Made by a program: the position numbers and the translations under genes
The notes under the pieces: generated by a model
Told to the model about the DNA's origin: nothing
The model's database searches: none
Seen by the model: only the letters and a program-made list of their open reading frames with translations
DNA from: an uncultured Phycisphaerales bacterium
GTDB lineage: Bacteria; Planctomycetota; Phycisphaerae; Tepidisphaerales; Tepidisphaeraceae
NCBI GenBank assembly: GCA_963755915.1
Contig: CAVWLP010000002.1
Span: 4,320,001 to 4,384,000 of the forward strand
DNA length: 64,000 bases
Direction: 5' to 3'
Shown here: positions 1 through 10,908 of the stretch, piece after piece
Position numbering within the stretch: position 1 is the first letter of the stretch
How the letters are laid out: every line of letters begins with the position of its first letter

Positions 1-467
1 CATCCCATCGCGCCGCGTAGGTCAGGCCGGCCAACGTCGCCGATAAAGAGCGTATCCCCGGTCAAAACCGCGTGCGGCTTGTTCGGCGAGGCACTCAGGT
101 CGTAAATCAAAATCGAAATCGATTCCCGCGTATGCCCGGGCGTCTCCAGCGCCACCAGCCGCACGTTGCCCAGCTCAATCGCCGCCCCATCGGCAAGCGC
201 CTTAAACGCATACCCCGCCTTCGCGGTTGCCCCCAGGCAAATCTCCGCGCCGGCGCGATCTCTCAGTTCCAGATGTCCCGCGACAAAATCGGCGTGCAGG
301 TGCGTCAGCAGCACATACTTGATCGACAATCCGTTGGACTGCGCAAACTCAACGTATTGCCCGATATCCCGCTGCGGATCGACCACCGCCGCGATCCCGG
401 ACTTTTCGTCCCCCACAACATAAGAGGCATGCGCAAGGCACGGCAGATAAAACTGCTTCAAGATCAA
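1..467 (-). CDS. MBL-fold metallo-hydrolase, persulfide dioxygenase/rhodanese-associated type (partial, runs off window)
   Basis: Translated by hand (absent from the ORF track) from TTG at 467: MILKQFYLPCLAHASY...VVDPQRDI...LLTHLHADFVAGH...ETPGHT...LTGDTLFIGDVGRPDL, with MBL metal-binding motifs. Confidence 0.85.
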   Translation of the reverse strand, partial: MILKQFYLPCLAHASYVVGDEKSGIAAVVDPQRDIGQYVEFAQSNGLSIKYVLLTHLHADFVAGHLELRDRAGAEICLGATAKAGYAFKALADGAAIELGNVRLVALETPGHTRESISILIYDLSASPNKPHAVLTGDTLFIGDVGRPDLRGAMG

Positions 468-498
468 TGGCGCACCCAAATTCTCGCCGGCCCCAAGC

Positions 499-1156
<658 letters not shown>

Positions 1157-1308
1157 GGCTCTCTCCTTTGGTTCACAACTCTTAATCGCCCTTACCTGAT
1201 GAATTCGAGCAGGGAAGTGTACCCCATCGTGCATAAGCTGCAAATCCGTCCTGGTAGGCTCACGGAACGGACGTCAGGGCGATTACCAACCGCGCGCGTC
1301 GCTCGAGC

Positions 1309-1314
1309 TATAAT
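1309..1314 (+). promoter_or_regulatory. TATAAT -10 box 6 nt before the OYE start codon (likely leaderless mRNA)
   Basis: tataat-cgccac-ATG(1321); no Shine-Dalgarno. Confidence 0.6.
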
Positions 1315-1320
1315 CGCCAC

Positions 1321-2382
1321 ATGAGCGTACTCTTCTCCCCCCTCAAACTCCGCGATCTAACCTTCAAAAACCGCATTTTCGTCTCCCCCATGTGCCAGTA
1401 TTCCTGCGAAGACGGCATGCCCACCGACTGGCACCTCGTCCATCTCGGCAGCCGCGCCGTCGGGGGCGCGGCGATGGTCTGCGTCGAAGCCACCGCCGTC
1501 TCGCCCCAGGGCCGCATTTCGCCCGCCGACAGCGGAATCTGGTCGGATGCTCACGTCGAAGCCTTCGCCCGCATCGCCCGATTCATCCGCGGGCAGGGCA
1601 GCATCCCCGCCATCCAGCTCGCCCACGCCGGCCGCAAAGCCAGCACCGCCATCCCCTGGCTCGGTGGCGGACCCCTCGAAGAATCCCGCGGCGGATGGCA
1701 AACGATCGCCCCCAGCCCTATCCCCTTTGCCCCCGGATACTCAACGCCCCGTGAAATGACTACACATGATATCTCCGAAGTCGTCGCCCAATTCACCGCC
1801 GCCGCACGCCGCGCACTGGCCGCCGGCTTCGAAGTTGTCGAAATCCACATGGCCCACGGCTATCTCCTGCACCAATTCCTCTCCCCGTTGAGCAATCACC
1901 GCCGCGACGAATTCGGAGGCTCTCTCGCCAACCGCACGCGCCTGCCCATCCGCATCGCCGGCGCCGTCCGCGAAATCTGGCCGGCCCACTTGCCTCTTTT
2001 CGTCCGTATCAGCTCCACCGACTGGAAAGAGGCCGGCTGGGATCTCCCCCAATCCATCGAACTTGCCAAATCCCTCGCCGCCGTCGGCGTAGACCTGATC
2101 GACTGCTCCAGCGGCGGACTCGCCTACGACGCCAAAGTCCCCGCGCGACCCGGCTATCAGGTCCCCTTCGCCGAGGCGATTCGCCGCGAAGCAAAAATCG
2201 CTACCGGCGCCGTCGGCCTCATCACCGACCCACGCCAGGCCGAAGAAATCGTCACAACCGGCAAAGCCGACGCAGTCCTCCTCGCGCGGCAATTGCTCCG
2301 CGATCCCTACTGGCCGCTGCGCACCGCCAAAGAGCTGGGCGTCGAGATCGACTGGCCGAATCAATACGTCCGCGCGAAGTAG
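1321..2382 (+). CDS. NADH:flavin oxidoreductase / old yellow enzyme (YqjM/NamA-XenA type)
   Basis: SPMCQYS, IQLAHAGRKAS, EIHMAHGYLLHQFLSPLSN, LLRDPYWP motifs. Confidence 0.92.
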   Translation: MSVLFSPLKLRDLTFKNRIFVSPMCQYSCEDGMPTDWHLVHLGSRAVGGAAMVCVEATAVSPQGRISPADSGIWSDAHVEAFARIARFIRGQGSIPAIQLAHAGRKASTAIPWLGGGPLEESRGGWQTIAPSPIPFAPGYSTPREMTTHDISEVVAQFTAAARRALAAGFEVVEIHMAHGYLLHQFLSPLSNHRRDEFGGSLANRTRLPIRIAGAVREIWPAHLPLFVRISSTDWKEAGWDLPQSIELAKSLAAVGVDLIDCSSGGLAYDAKVPARPGYQVPFAEAIRREAKIATGAVGLITDPRQAEEIVTTGKADAVLLARQLLRDPYWPLRTAKELGVEIDWPNQYVRAK

Positions 2383-2443
2383 CCAGCATAAAAACGCAAA
2401 AGCTCGTGCGCATCTCCGCTGATTTCTCTCGGCATCCTCCGCT

Positions 2444-2471
2444 TGCCGCAAAGCATTAAACTATTTACGCG
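2444..2471 (+). promoter_or_regulatory. Putative XylR/AraC-type operator, copy 1
   Basis: TGCCGCA-aagcattaaact-ATTTACGCg upstream of the PEP-CTERM gene; same spacing as the copies at 9477 and 10778. Confidence 0.7.
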
Positions 2472-2574
2472 ATTTATGATGGCATCCGCGCCTGTTCAAT
2501 CACTATGTTGTGGTCATCGTTTTTGATGGACCTGGAGGAAATTCCGGCACGCCTTGCTGGAGAGGAGCGGTTTC

Positions 2575-4494
2575 ATGCGGACGAGGAAAAATACGAGGAC
2601 TACATTCTATATCGCGGCGGCAGCAGGCGCGGCGGCGCTGCTGGCTACCCATGCCAACGCACAAACAAATCTGCTCATTGACCCCGGATTCGCCGCCGGC
2701 GTTGACGGCGCTCCAGATGCTACTGCGGGCGATCAGGCCATGGGCGGGGTCGCGGGCGGTGGCGGAAGTGTCGTGCCATGGAATGGGTACAGCACTTTCT
2801 TCTATCCGTATTCGGCCTATTACACCGTCAGTGTTACGCCGCGTACGCCGGGCGATCAGGTCGGCAAGACCTTTGGCGGCGGCGGGACATACTCCGGCGG
2901 AATTTATCAAGTAATCAGTGGCGAATCACAGGGCGTTTATGGCGGGGATACCTATGTGGCCGCCGGATGGTTCGACGACGACGCCAGCGATCCGCTTTCG
3001 CCAGGCGCTACCGACCAGATTGAGCTGAACTATTATGCAGCCCCGGAATCGGCGGCAGGTTCACCGAACGGGACGCCACCCGAACAGGAATACACTTCTT
3101 CCTCTGCGTTCATGACAAGCACCGGCTATACGCCAAGCACATGGTTTCAGTTCAGCACCCCCGACGGTCCTACCGCGGTCACCGGTGGATTTGCGGTTTA
3201 TGGAACCCAGGCGCTGGAGTGGGAAGCGTTATACAGCGATCCGGGATATCAGGGCGGCTCACTTTTTGTCGATGACGCGAGCCTGATCGACACCACCCCC
3301 GTGTGGAACGGCGGTGGCGCTGATAATAACCTGATGACAAACGGCAACTGGAGCGCTGCAAGTGGGACTGGCGGGGCATCGACCGCCGTTGCGCCGGCTT
3401 CCCCCGACGGGCTGGTCTTCGACGGCACAACTAAAACGACTCCAAACAACAATTTCCCGACCGACACGACCTTCACCGGCATCCGCTTCGGTGCCCAGAT
3501 CGGTGAAAGTGCCGGATCAACGGGCGCCTTTACCCTGACCGGCAACGAGATCGATCTCGCGGGTGACATCATCAACAACAGCACGATCACTCAGACCATC
3601 AACATTGGCCTGGTTCTCTCCAATGGCGTCACCAACAACGTCAATATCAACGGCAACGGCGCGGGCACCGGCAATCTGGTCATCAACGGCGCCATCAGCG
3701 GCGGAAATTCACTCACCCTCCTTGGCCCCGGAACCGTAACCCTCAAGGGCGCAAACAGCTACTCTGGCGGCACCAACGTCGCCGCCGGCGAGCTCGTAAT
3801 TGGCGCAAACGGCGCGCTCCCCGCCAACAGCGCCCTCTCCATCACCGGCGGAACCGTCCAGCTCGGCCAGTCCACCGGGTTAGAAACACTCTCTTCCCTC
3901 AGCATCTCCACCAACGGCGTCCTCGACATCACCAACAACCACCTCATCATCAACTACGGCTCCGGCAGCGACCCCATTGCCTCCATCGTCGCCGCCATCC
4001 AGACCGGCTACACCAACGGAACCTGGACCGGCAACGGCATCATCTCTTCCTCGGCGCAGGTCAATACCAACGGCCTGCGCTACGGCGTCGGATTCGCCGA
4101 CGGCGCAGACGGCGTCGTCGTCGGCCTCTCCAGCGGCCAGATCGAGCTCAAATACACCCTGCTCGGCGACGCCAACCTCGACGGCAGCGTCAACGGCTCC
4201 GACTTCTCCATCCTCGCCGCCAACTTCGGCCTCGGCCGCACCAACTGGGACCAGGGCAACTTCCTGTTCAGCTCTTCGGTCAACGGCAGCGATTTCAGCG
4301 CACTGGCCGCCAACTTCGGCCAGGGCGACTCCGGCGCCGACTCATCCGTCACTCCCGCCGACATCGCCGCGCTCGACGCCTTCGCCGCCGCCAACGGCCT
4401 GCCGCTGCCAACCATCGCCGCCGTACCCGAGCCCGCATCCCTCGGGCTCCTCGCCACGGGCGCACTCTATTTCACCCGCCGCCGCCGGCGCTGA
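2575..4494 (+). CDS. Secreted PEP-CTERM protein with autotransporter-associated beta-strand repeat and dockerin-like module
   Basis: Signal peptide; GPGTVTLKGANSYSGGTNVAAGEL repeat; duplicated GDANLDGSVNGSDF Ca-loop motif; C-terminal VPEPASLGLLATGALYFTRRRRR. RBS GGAGAGGAG. Confidence 0.88.
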   Translation: MRTRKNTRTTFYIAAAAGAAALLATHANAQTNLLIDPGFAAGVDGAPDATAGDQAMGGVAGGGGSVVPWNGYSTFFYPYSAYYTVSVTPRTPGDQVGKTFGGGGTYSGGIYQVISGESQGVYGGDTYVAAGWFDDDASDPLSPGATDQIELNYYAAPESAAGSPNGTPPEQEYTSSSAFMTSTGYTPSTWFQFSTPDGPTAVTGGFAVYGTQALEWEALYSDPGYQGGSLFVDDASLIDTTPVWNGGGADNNLMTNGNWSAASGTGGASTAVAPASPDGLVFDGTTKTTPNNNFPTDTTFTGIRFGAQIGESAGSTGAFTLTGNEIDLAGDIINNSTITQTINIGLVLSNGVTNNVNINGNGAGTGNLVINGAISGGNSLTLLGPGTVTLKGANSYSGGTNVAAGELVIGANGALPANSALSITGGTVQLGQSTGLETLSSLSISTNGVLDITNNHLIINYGSGSDPIASIVAAIQTGYTNGTWTGNGIISSSAQVNTNGLRYGVGFADGADGVVVGLSSGQIELKYTLLGDANLDGSVNGSDFSILAANFGLGRTNWDQGNFLFSSSVNGSDFSALAANFGQGDSGADSSVTPADIAALDAFAAANGLPLPTIAAVPEPASLGLLATGALYFTRRRRR

Positions 4495-4734
4495 ACCCCA
4501 AACCAATATCGGAGAACCAGCAATCGTTGCAACCGATCATCGAAACATCGCACACAAATTCATCCATGAAGGTCTTCCCGATCCGGTATTATCGTGGGAC
4601 TCATCCGGGGGTGCGCAAACTTCTTCCGCCGTGAAAATTGAAATCGCCGTAACTTCCGGATTTAAAATGCCTACAACGCTCTGGTCTTGTGGTAGAATCG
4701 ATGCGCGGACATCGCGATCGGTCCGGGCTGCTTT

Positions 4735-7700
4735 ATGACCGTCTCCTCCACCATCCGCTCTCTCACATCGCCCGCCGATGAGCTCGAAGGATTCGTCCTC
4801 CTCGACGGCGTCGATATGTACCGCATCCCCGATTTCGACCGCCTCCCCCCTTTCCTCATCGCCGTCACCAGCGAGTCCGACCTCTGGATGTACGCCTCTT
4901 CCGCGGGCGGCGTCACCGCCGGCCGCATCGACCCCGACCACGCCATCTTCCCCTACGAAACCGTCGATCGCCTGCACGATTCCCACGGCATCACCGGCCC
5001 GCAATCCCTCTTCCGCGTTTCCCGCCCGGGCCACCCCACCGTGCTCTGGGAACCCCTGGCCATCCAGAACCGCTCCCCGCTCACCACCCGAAACCTCTTT
5101 AAAAATGCCCTCGGCAACCGCCTCATCTTCGAGGAAATCCACCACCAACTCCGCATGACCTTTCGCTTTGCCTGGACCACCAGCACCCGCTGGGGATTCG
5201 TCCGCACAGCCCGGCTCATCAACAATGACGAAGATTCCCCCGCCCGCGTCGAAATCCTTGACGGGCTGCTCAACATTCTCCCCGCCGGCGTCTGCCTCTC
5301 CATGCAGCAAACCCTCAGCTCTCTCGTCGACGCCTACAAGCAGAGCGAAATCGACCCCGAAACCGGCCTGGCCATCTACTGCCTGACTTCTCTCGTCAAT
5401 GATCGTCCCGAGCCGCTCGAAGCGCTCACCGCCACCACCGTCTGGACCCGCGGCCTGACCGGCGCTTCCATCCTGCTGCGCGACGACCTCCGCCGCGCCT
5501 TCCGCGAACGCGCCGACCTCCACCCCACCCCCCGCGTCAACGGCCGCCGCGGCGCTTTCCTTATCCACCACACCGCCCAGCTCGATCCGCGCCAGCATCT
5601 CGAATGGGACATCGTCTGCGACGCCGACCAGGACCACCGCGCCGTCGCCTCCACCCGCGCCCTCCTTCGCCAGGACGCCCAGCAGATCCGCTCCCAGATC
5701 CGCGACGACTGCCGCCGCAGCGAAATCGGACTCCTCAAAATCGTCGCCGAGGCCGACGGCCTTCAGTTCTCCGGCCAGAAAATGGCCTGCTCCCACCACC
5801 TCGCCAACGTCCTCTTCAACTCCATGCGCGGCGGAATCCCCCTCGACCAGGGAAAAATCCACGCCGAGCTTTTCCGCCAGTTCGTCGCTTCCCGCAACCT
5901 CCCCGTCTTCCGCGTCCATACCGATCTCCTCAACAATCTGCCGAACAGTTTCGACGTTCCCCAACTGATCGAATTCGCCGTCGCGGCCTCCGTCCCCGAT
6001 CTTTCGCGCCTGGCCCACGAATATCTCCCCCTCTTCTTCAGCCGCCGCCACGGCGATCCCAGCCGCCCGTGGAATCTCTTCGCCATCCATCTCCGCAACC
6101 CCGACGGTTCCGCACGCGTCGACTACCAGGGCAACTGGCGCGACATCTTCCAAAACTGGGAAGCCCTGGGAGTTTCCTTCCCTTCCCTCATCGAAAGCTT
6201 CATCGCCAAGTTCGTCAACGCCTCCACCATCGACGGCTTCAACCCCTACCGCATCACCTCCCGCGGAATCGACTGGGAAGCCCCCAGCCCCGATCACTCC
6301 TTCGGCCACATCGGCTACTGGGGCGATCATCAAATCGTCTACCTGTTAAAACTCCTCGAGCTCTCCCGCGACTTCCACCCCAACCAGCTCGAATCCTGCC
6401 TCACCTCCGAAATCTATAGCTACGCCCGCGTCCCCTATCGCCTCGACACTTACAGCGCCATCCGCCGCAACCCGCGCCAAACCATCCTCTGGGACGAAGC
6501 CCTCGCCGCCCAGATCGATCGCCTCGTTCAGGAAGAAGGCGCCGACGGCAAGCTCCTTCGCAACCATTCCGGCCAGGTCTATCACGCCTCGCTTCTCGAA
6601 AAACTTCTCGTCCCCCTCCTCTCCAAGCTTTCAAACCTGGTCCCCGGCGGTGGAATCTGGCTCAACACCCAGCGCCCCGAATGGAACGATGCCAACAACG
6701 CCCTCGCCGGCTTTGGCCTCTCCGTCGTCACCCTCGCCTACCTCCGCCGCTACGTCGATTTCCTGCAGACCCTTTTTGCCACCGTAAAGTCCGAGCCCTT
6801 CTGGCTCTCCGCCGAACTCGTCGATTGGTCCATGGACGTCCGCCGAATCCTCGCGCTCCACCAGCCGATTCTCCACAGCCAGACCATCTCCCCCGAAGCC
6901 CGCTCCGCCGTCATCGACGAACTCGGCTTCGCCTTCGAGCACTACCGGCGCGAAGTCTACCCCGCCGGCTTCTCCGGCAAGCGCACCTGCGAAATCGACT
7001 CCCTCCGCGAGCTCCTCGCCCTCGCGCTCCGCTATATCGACCATTCTCTCGCCGCCAACTGGCGACCCGACGGCCTTTTCCATTCCTACAACCTCCTCGA
7101 GCTTTCCGAGCGCCCCAACCGCGCCTCCATCCGCCCCATGCACGAAATGCTGGAAGGCCAGGTCGCCCTCCTCAGCTCCGCCACCGCCGACCCCGCTCGA
7201 TCCATCTCGCTGATCGATGCCATGTTCAACAGCCACCTTTACCGCGCCGATCAGCAGACGTTCATGCTCTATCCCATCCGCGAAATCCCCGGCTTCCTGG
7301 AAAAGAATATCATCCCCCCCGCCGCCGCAAGGTCGAGCCCCCTGCTCTCGGTCCTCCTGGCCTCCGGCGCAAACGACATCGTCTGCAAAGACGCCGCCGG
7401 CGTTGTCCGCTTCAACCGCGATTTCCGCAACCGCGGAAACCTCCAGCAGGCGCTCGATCTCCTCTCCTCCGACCCCGCGTGGAAAAATCTCGTCGCCCGT
7501 CACGGCCAGGAAATCGCCGAACTCTACGACAAAATCTTTGCCCACGACGCCTTCACCGGCCGTTCCGGCGCGATGTACGCCTTTGAAGGCATCGGCTGCG
7601 TCTACTGGCACATGGTTTCCAAGCTCCTCCTCGCCGTCCAGGAAACCTTCTGGCGCGCCGTCGATTCCGGAGCGACCCCCTCCCAGATCGACGCCCTCGC

Positions 7701-8220
7701 CGACGCCTACTACCGCGTCCGCGTCGGACTCCAGTTCAACAAATCCGCCCACGACTTCGGCGCCTTCCCCACCGACCCCTATTCCCACACCCCCCTCGAA
7801 GGCGGCGCCTCCCAGCCCGGCATGACCGGCCTCGTCAAAGAAGAAATCCTCACCCGCCTGGGCGAATGGGGCCTGCGCATCAAGACTGGCCAAATTCATT
7901 TCACCCCACGCCTATTGCTCCGCAACGAACTCCTGGCAAAGCCCGCCACCTTCTCCTATTTCTCCCTGGCAGGCCCCATCGCCACCATCGACCTTCACCC
8001 CAACATGGCCGCCTTTACCTTCTGCCAAACCCCCATCGTCTACCGCGCCGACGAATCCGCCCCCGCTCTCTCCCTCACCGTCATCCGCACCGGCGGCATC
8101 CGTCACCACCTCGACGCCAGCACCCTCGGCCCCAAGCTCTCAACAGAAATCTTCCGCCGCACCGGCGCTGTCTCCCGCGTCGAAGTGACAATTCCATCAA
8201 AGATTCTACGCCCCGACTAA
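4735..8220 (+). CDS. Beta-1,3-glucan phosphorylase, GH149-like
   Basis: 1161 aa with YQGNWRDIFQNWEAL, GYWGDHQIVYL, NTQRPEWNDANNAL, EGIGCVYWHMVSKL, FPTDPYSHTP and QPGMTG motifs; no signal peptide. Confidence 0.82.
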   Translation: MTVSSTIRSLTSPADELEGFVLLDGVDMYRIPDFDRLPPFLIAVTSESDLWMYASSAGGVTAGRIDPDHAIFPYETVDRLHDSHGITGPQSLFRVSRPGHPTVLWEPLAIQNRSPLTTRNLFKNALGNRLIFEEIHHQLRMTFRFAWTTSTRWGFVRTARLINNDEDSPARVEILDGLLNILPAGVCLSMQQTLSSLVDAYKQSEIDPETGLAIYCLTSLVNDRPEPLEALTATTVWTRGLTGASILLRDDLRRAFRERADLHPTPRVNGRRGAFLIHHTAQLDPRQHLEWDIVCDADQDHRAVASTRALLRQDAQQIRSQIRDDCRRSEIGLLKIVAEADGLQFSGQKMACSHHLANVLFNSMRGGIPLDQGKIHAELFRQFVASRNLPVFRVHTDLLNNLPNSFDVPQLIEFAVAASVPDLSRLAHEYLPLFFSRRHGDPSRPWNLFAIHLRNPDGSARVDYQGNWRDIFQNWEALGVSFPSLIESFIAKFVNASTIDGFNPYRITSRGIDWEAPSPDHSFGHIGYWGDHQIVYLLKLLELSRDFHPNQLESCLTSEIYSYARVPYRLDTYSAIRRNPRQTILWDEALAAQIDRLVQEEGADGKLLRNHSGQVYHASLLEKLLVPLLSKLSNLVPGGGIWLNTQRPEWNDANNALAGFGLSVVTLAYLRRYVDFLQTLFATVKSEPFWLSAELVDWSMDVRRILALHQPILHSQTISPEARSAVIDELGFAFEHYRREVYPAGFSGKRTCEIDSLRELLALALRYIDHSLAANWRPDGLFHSYNLLELSERPNRASIRPMHEMLEGQVALLSSATADPARSISLIDAMFNSHLYRADQQTFMLYPIREIPGFLEKNIIPPAAARSSPLLSVLLASGANDIVCKDAAGVVRFNRDFRNRGNLQQALDLLSSDPAWKNLVARHGQEIAELYDKIFAHDAFTGRSGAMYAFEGIGCVYWHMVSKLLLAVQETFWRAVDSGATPSQIDALADAYYRVRVGLQFNKSAHDFGAFPTDPYSHTPLEGGASQPGMTGLVKEEILTRLGEWGLRIKTGQIHFTPRLLLRNELLAKPATFSYFSLAGPIATIDLHPNMAAFTFCQTPIVYRADESAPALSLTVIRTGGIRHHLDASTLGPKLSTEIFRRTGAVSRVEVTIPSKILRPD

Positions 8221-8343
8221 CCGCTGCCCCGGCGCTTTTCGTTCGGCATTTGGCAACCAGAAACTGCCCTCCGGGCAGATGGCATCCAGCCGATGCGGTG
8301 TACCGCTCCTCGCCTCCGGCTGCGGTTCGGCAATCGGCAATTC

Positions 8344-9471
8344 CTAAAGATTTCCCACCCGATGCCCCTTCCGATACGCCGTCGGCGTCATCGCCAGATG
8401 CTCGTGAAATACCGTGCTAAACCTCACCCCGCTGGCAAACCCCGATTGCTCCGCCACGTCCGGGATCGGCAGGCTCGTCTCTCGCAGCAGCTTGCACGCC
8501 CGGTCCAGGTGTACCCGCCGAATCTCATCCAGCAGACTCCTCCGCATGACGCGCTTAAACCGCCGCTCCAGGTTCCGCCGGCTCATCGCCACTTCTTCCA
8601 GCACGTCCTCCACGCTGATTCGTTCGTTGGCCCGCCGCCGGATAAACTGCGCCGCCTCCGCGACCACTTCATCCTCGATGCTCATCACGTCGGTCGAGTG
8701 CCGCGTAATCACCCCATTCGGCGGAATCTCCATCGGCGACCCTTTCACCGATTTTCCGTTCATCAGGTCCTCCAGCATCTTCGCCGCGGCGAACCCCACC
8801 CGCTCGGCCCCCAGCTCGATGCTCGACAATGTCGGCCGCACCATCTCCGTCAGAAAGACGTCGTTGTCCACCCCCAGCACCGCGATCTCCTCCGGAACCG
8901 AAATTCCATTCTCCCGGCAGATGTCGATCGCATGCCATGCATACCGGTCGTTCGCCGCCAATATCGCGCAAGGCCGCGGCAGCGACATGATCCAATCCCG
9001 CGAAACAACATCCACCTCCGTCGAAGCGCTGAAGAAAGCTTTTTCCCCCCGGCACTCGGCCCCAAACGCCTCCTGCCGCAGCTTCGACCACGACGCCGTC
9101 GGATGCCCGCAAAATCCGAACGAGCGGAACATCCTTTCCCAGAAATACTCAAACGCCATCTTCCCCACCGCCGCATCGTCCGGCAAAACCGTCGGGACCT
9201 TGGCGGCCTGAAGCTGCCGAGCCGATAGCGTCCGCGCCGCGTTCACCATCGGCACCTTCCCCTTCTTAAACCGCTCGATGCTCCGCATCCCATGCACCAT
9301 CGCGATGATCCCATCCGCCCCGCCCGTCTGCGGCGTCTTCGACGAGAGCGAATACATCGGCGGCATGATGAACTCCCAGTCCGCCCGCAAGTTCGCATAA
9401 GCCATCACCCCGCGCAGCACCCCCCTGCCGTAACTGCCCGCAAACTCGACCTGGATTCCGATTCGAATCAT
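8344..9471 (-). CDS. XylR-type transcriptional regulator (LacI-like ligand domain + AraC HTH)
   Basis: YGRGVLRG...VPEEIAVLGVDND...PTLSSI...SRRNLERRFK...VAEQSGF...MTPTAYRK. Confidence 0.92.
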   Translation of the reverse strand: MIRIGIQVEFAGSYGRGVLRGVMAYANLRADWEFIMPPMYSLSSKTPQTGGADGIIAMVHGMRSIERFKKGKVPMVNAARTLSARQLQAAKVPTVLPDDAAVGKMAFEYFWERMFRSFGFCGHPTASWSKLRQEAFGAECRGEKAFFSASTEVDVVSRDWIMSLPRPCAILAANDRYAWHAIDICRENGISVPEEIAVLGVDNDVFLTEMVRPTLSSIELGAERVGFAAAKMLEDLMNGKSVKGSPMEIPPNGVITRHSTDVMSIEDEVVAEAAQFIRRRANERISVEDVLEEVAMSRRNLERRFKRVMRRSLLDEIRRVHLDRACKLLRETSLPIPDVAEQSGFASGVRFSTVFHEHLAMTPTAYRKGHRVGNL

Positions 9472-9476
9472 GTGGA

Positions 9477-9504
9477 TGCCGCAAAACGTTTAATTATTTA
9501 CGCA
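9477..9504 (+). promoter_or_regulatory. Putative XylR/AraC-type operator, copy 2
   Basis: TGCCGCA-aaacgtttaatt-ATTTACGCa, 5 bp from the regulator start codon, in the divergent regulator/DUF1559 gap. Confidence 0.7.
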
Positions 9505-9612
9505 AAATAGCGTCACACCCCCCCTTTGGCAAATCGTAGTATTCGTGCGTCGCCCCTAAGGCGGCGGCACACGTTTTCTGGGCGACATACGCAGGCGGCT
9601 GAGGAAACAAAT

Positions 9613-10611
9613 ATGAGTCTCGACTATGCAACGCGGGTAAGCGCTCGATCAACTGCAATCCAATTCCCCGCAAATTCCCCGAAACCCCGCCCCGCCTTTA
9701 CGCTCGTAGAACTTCTGGTTGTTATTGGCATAATCGCTATTCTCATTGCCGTTCTACTGCCGGCGTTAAACAGGGCCAGGGAACAGGCAAACTTGATCAC
9801 CTGCCAGACCCACCTTCGCCAGATAGGACAGGCCATTCTGCTTTATACGATAGACAATCAGGGATACCTCCCCTTCGGCTACAGCAACGGCGCCTCAACC
9901 CCGTTGGGTGCAGCAAATAATAACAATGCATCAGACTGGAGTACCCTGCTAATTAATGAAATGTCGTCCAATCACGGTAATACGTATGGCACGCAGGGCA
10001 CCGGAGCCTTGAGCTTCAATCGAGGCGTCTTCCTGGACCTCGACACGCCGGGAGTCGGAGACGCCCCTCTTAATTACTCCTGCCACCCTCGGCTCATGCC
10101 TAGCCTAAGCGACCGGGACGATTACAGAAACCCCCCTATTCAAGCGGAGAAGATCACCCTGACTCCGTACAAGCTCGCTCAGGTTCAGCGGTCCTCCGAA
10201 ATAATTCTCATCTTCGACGGGGTACTTTGCACCACTAACGGAAGCGATAATGACTTCCATTATTTCGGTGCCGCGTCTACCGGTTACGCAATTGACGACT
10301 ACCGCCTATATCAAGTACCCGCAGGCGAGCCCGGCTACACGCTGGAGCAAAACGCCACCTATCTTCTCTTCAATCAATGCGGCACAAATGGAAGCCCCAT
10401 CGATGCCGGCACCAATATGGACGATCCGAATGACATAAGCCAGGCCTTTCCCAGTGAGCCTACGCAGGTAGGATTTCCAAGATTCCGTCACATGGGCAAC
10501 AAGGTGGGAAATTTCCTCTTCTGTGACGGCCACGTCGAGTCTCGAGCTTACAAGAGCCGATACCAAAACGAAATCCTCAGGCGAAACGTCAACGTTAACC
10601 TGAATCCCTAA
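9613..10611 (+). CDS. DUF1559 (SBP_bac_10) protein with prepilin-type N-terminal cleavage/methylation motif and H-X9-DG C-terminus
   Basis: [32 protein letters not shown]...C...[32 protein letters not shown]. Confidence 0.92.
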   Translation: MSLDYATRVSARSTAIQFPANSPKPRPAFTLVELLVVIGIIAILIAVLLPALNRAREQANLITCQTHLRQIGQAILLYTIDNQGYLPFGYSNGASTPLGAANNNNASDWSTLLINEMSSNHGNTYGTQGTGALSFNRGVFLDLDTPGVGDAPLNYSCHPRLMPSLSDRDDYRNPPIQAEKITLTPYKLAQVQRSSEIILIFDGVLCTTNGSDNDFHYFGAASTGYAIDDYRLYQVPAGEPGYTLEQNATYLLFNQCGTNGSPIDAGTNMDDPNDISQAFPSEPTQVGFPRFRHMGNKVGNFLFCDGHVESRAYKSRYQNEILRRNVNVNLNP

Positions 10612-10777
10612 ATGATCACGCCGGAAAATTAACTTACTGATTCCACCGCCTCTCCCTTTTCTATATCAAAGCCCCCGGCGCACCAGACCACCTAGTGCGT
10701 CTCTCATTCCCGGAAAACCTTCCCCGATTTCCCCTTCTTCCCCTTTCCCGCATCAAATTTCTCCCTTTGCGTCTTCA

Positions 10778-10805
10778 TGCCGCATTCCATTAAATGATTT
10801 ACGCA
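10778..10805 (+). promoter_or_regulatory. Putative XylR/AraC-type operator, copy 3
   Basis: TGCCGCA-ttccattaaatg-ATTTACGCa upstream of the PEP-CTERM/GH158/GH16 genes. Confidence 0.7.
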
Positions 10806-10908
10806 AAATGGGATGGTGATCCGCCTGAACTGCCTTATCTTATCCGTCGTACAAATCGCTCCGGGCTGGCACCCGCAGCAGGTCATTTCAAACACTTGGA
10901 GGAAAGAG

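Noticed and set aside
1189-1217. TPP-riboswitch-like 3' segment (cccttacctgat...gcagggaag)
   Set aside because: No upstream CTGAGA or 5' half of the aptamer, and no thiamine-related gene.
4537-7899. Long antisense ORFs (598 and 422 aa), and similar shadow ORFs elsewhere
   Set aside because: They arise from strong codon bias in the real genes on the opposite strand and contain no recognisable motifs.
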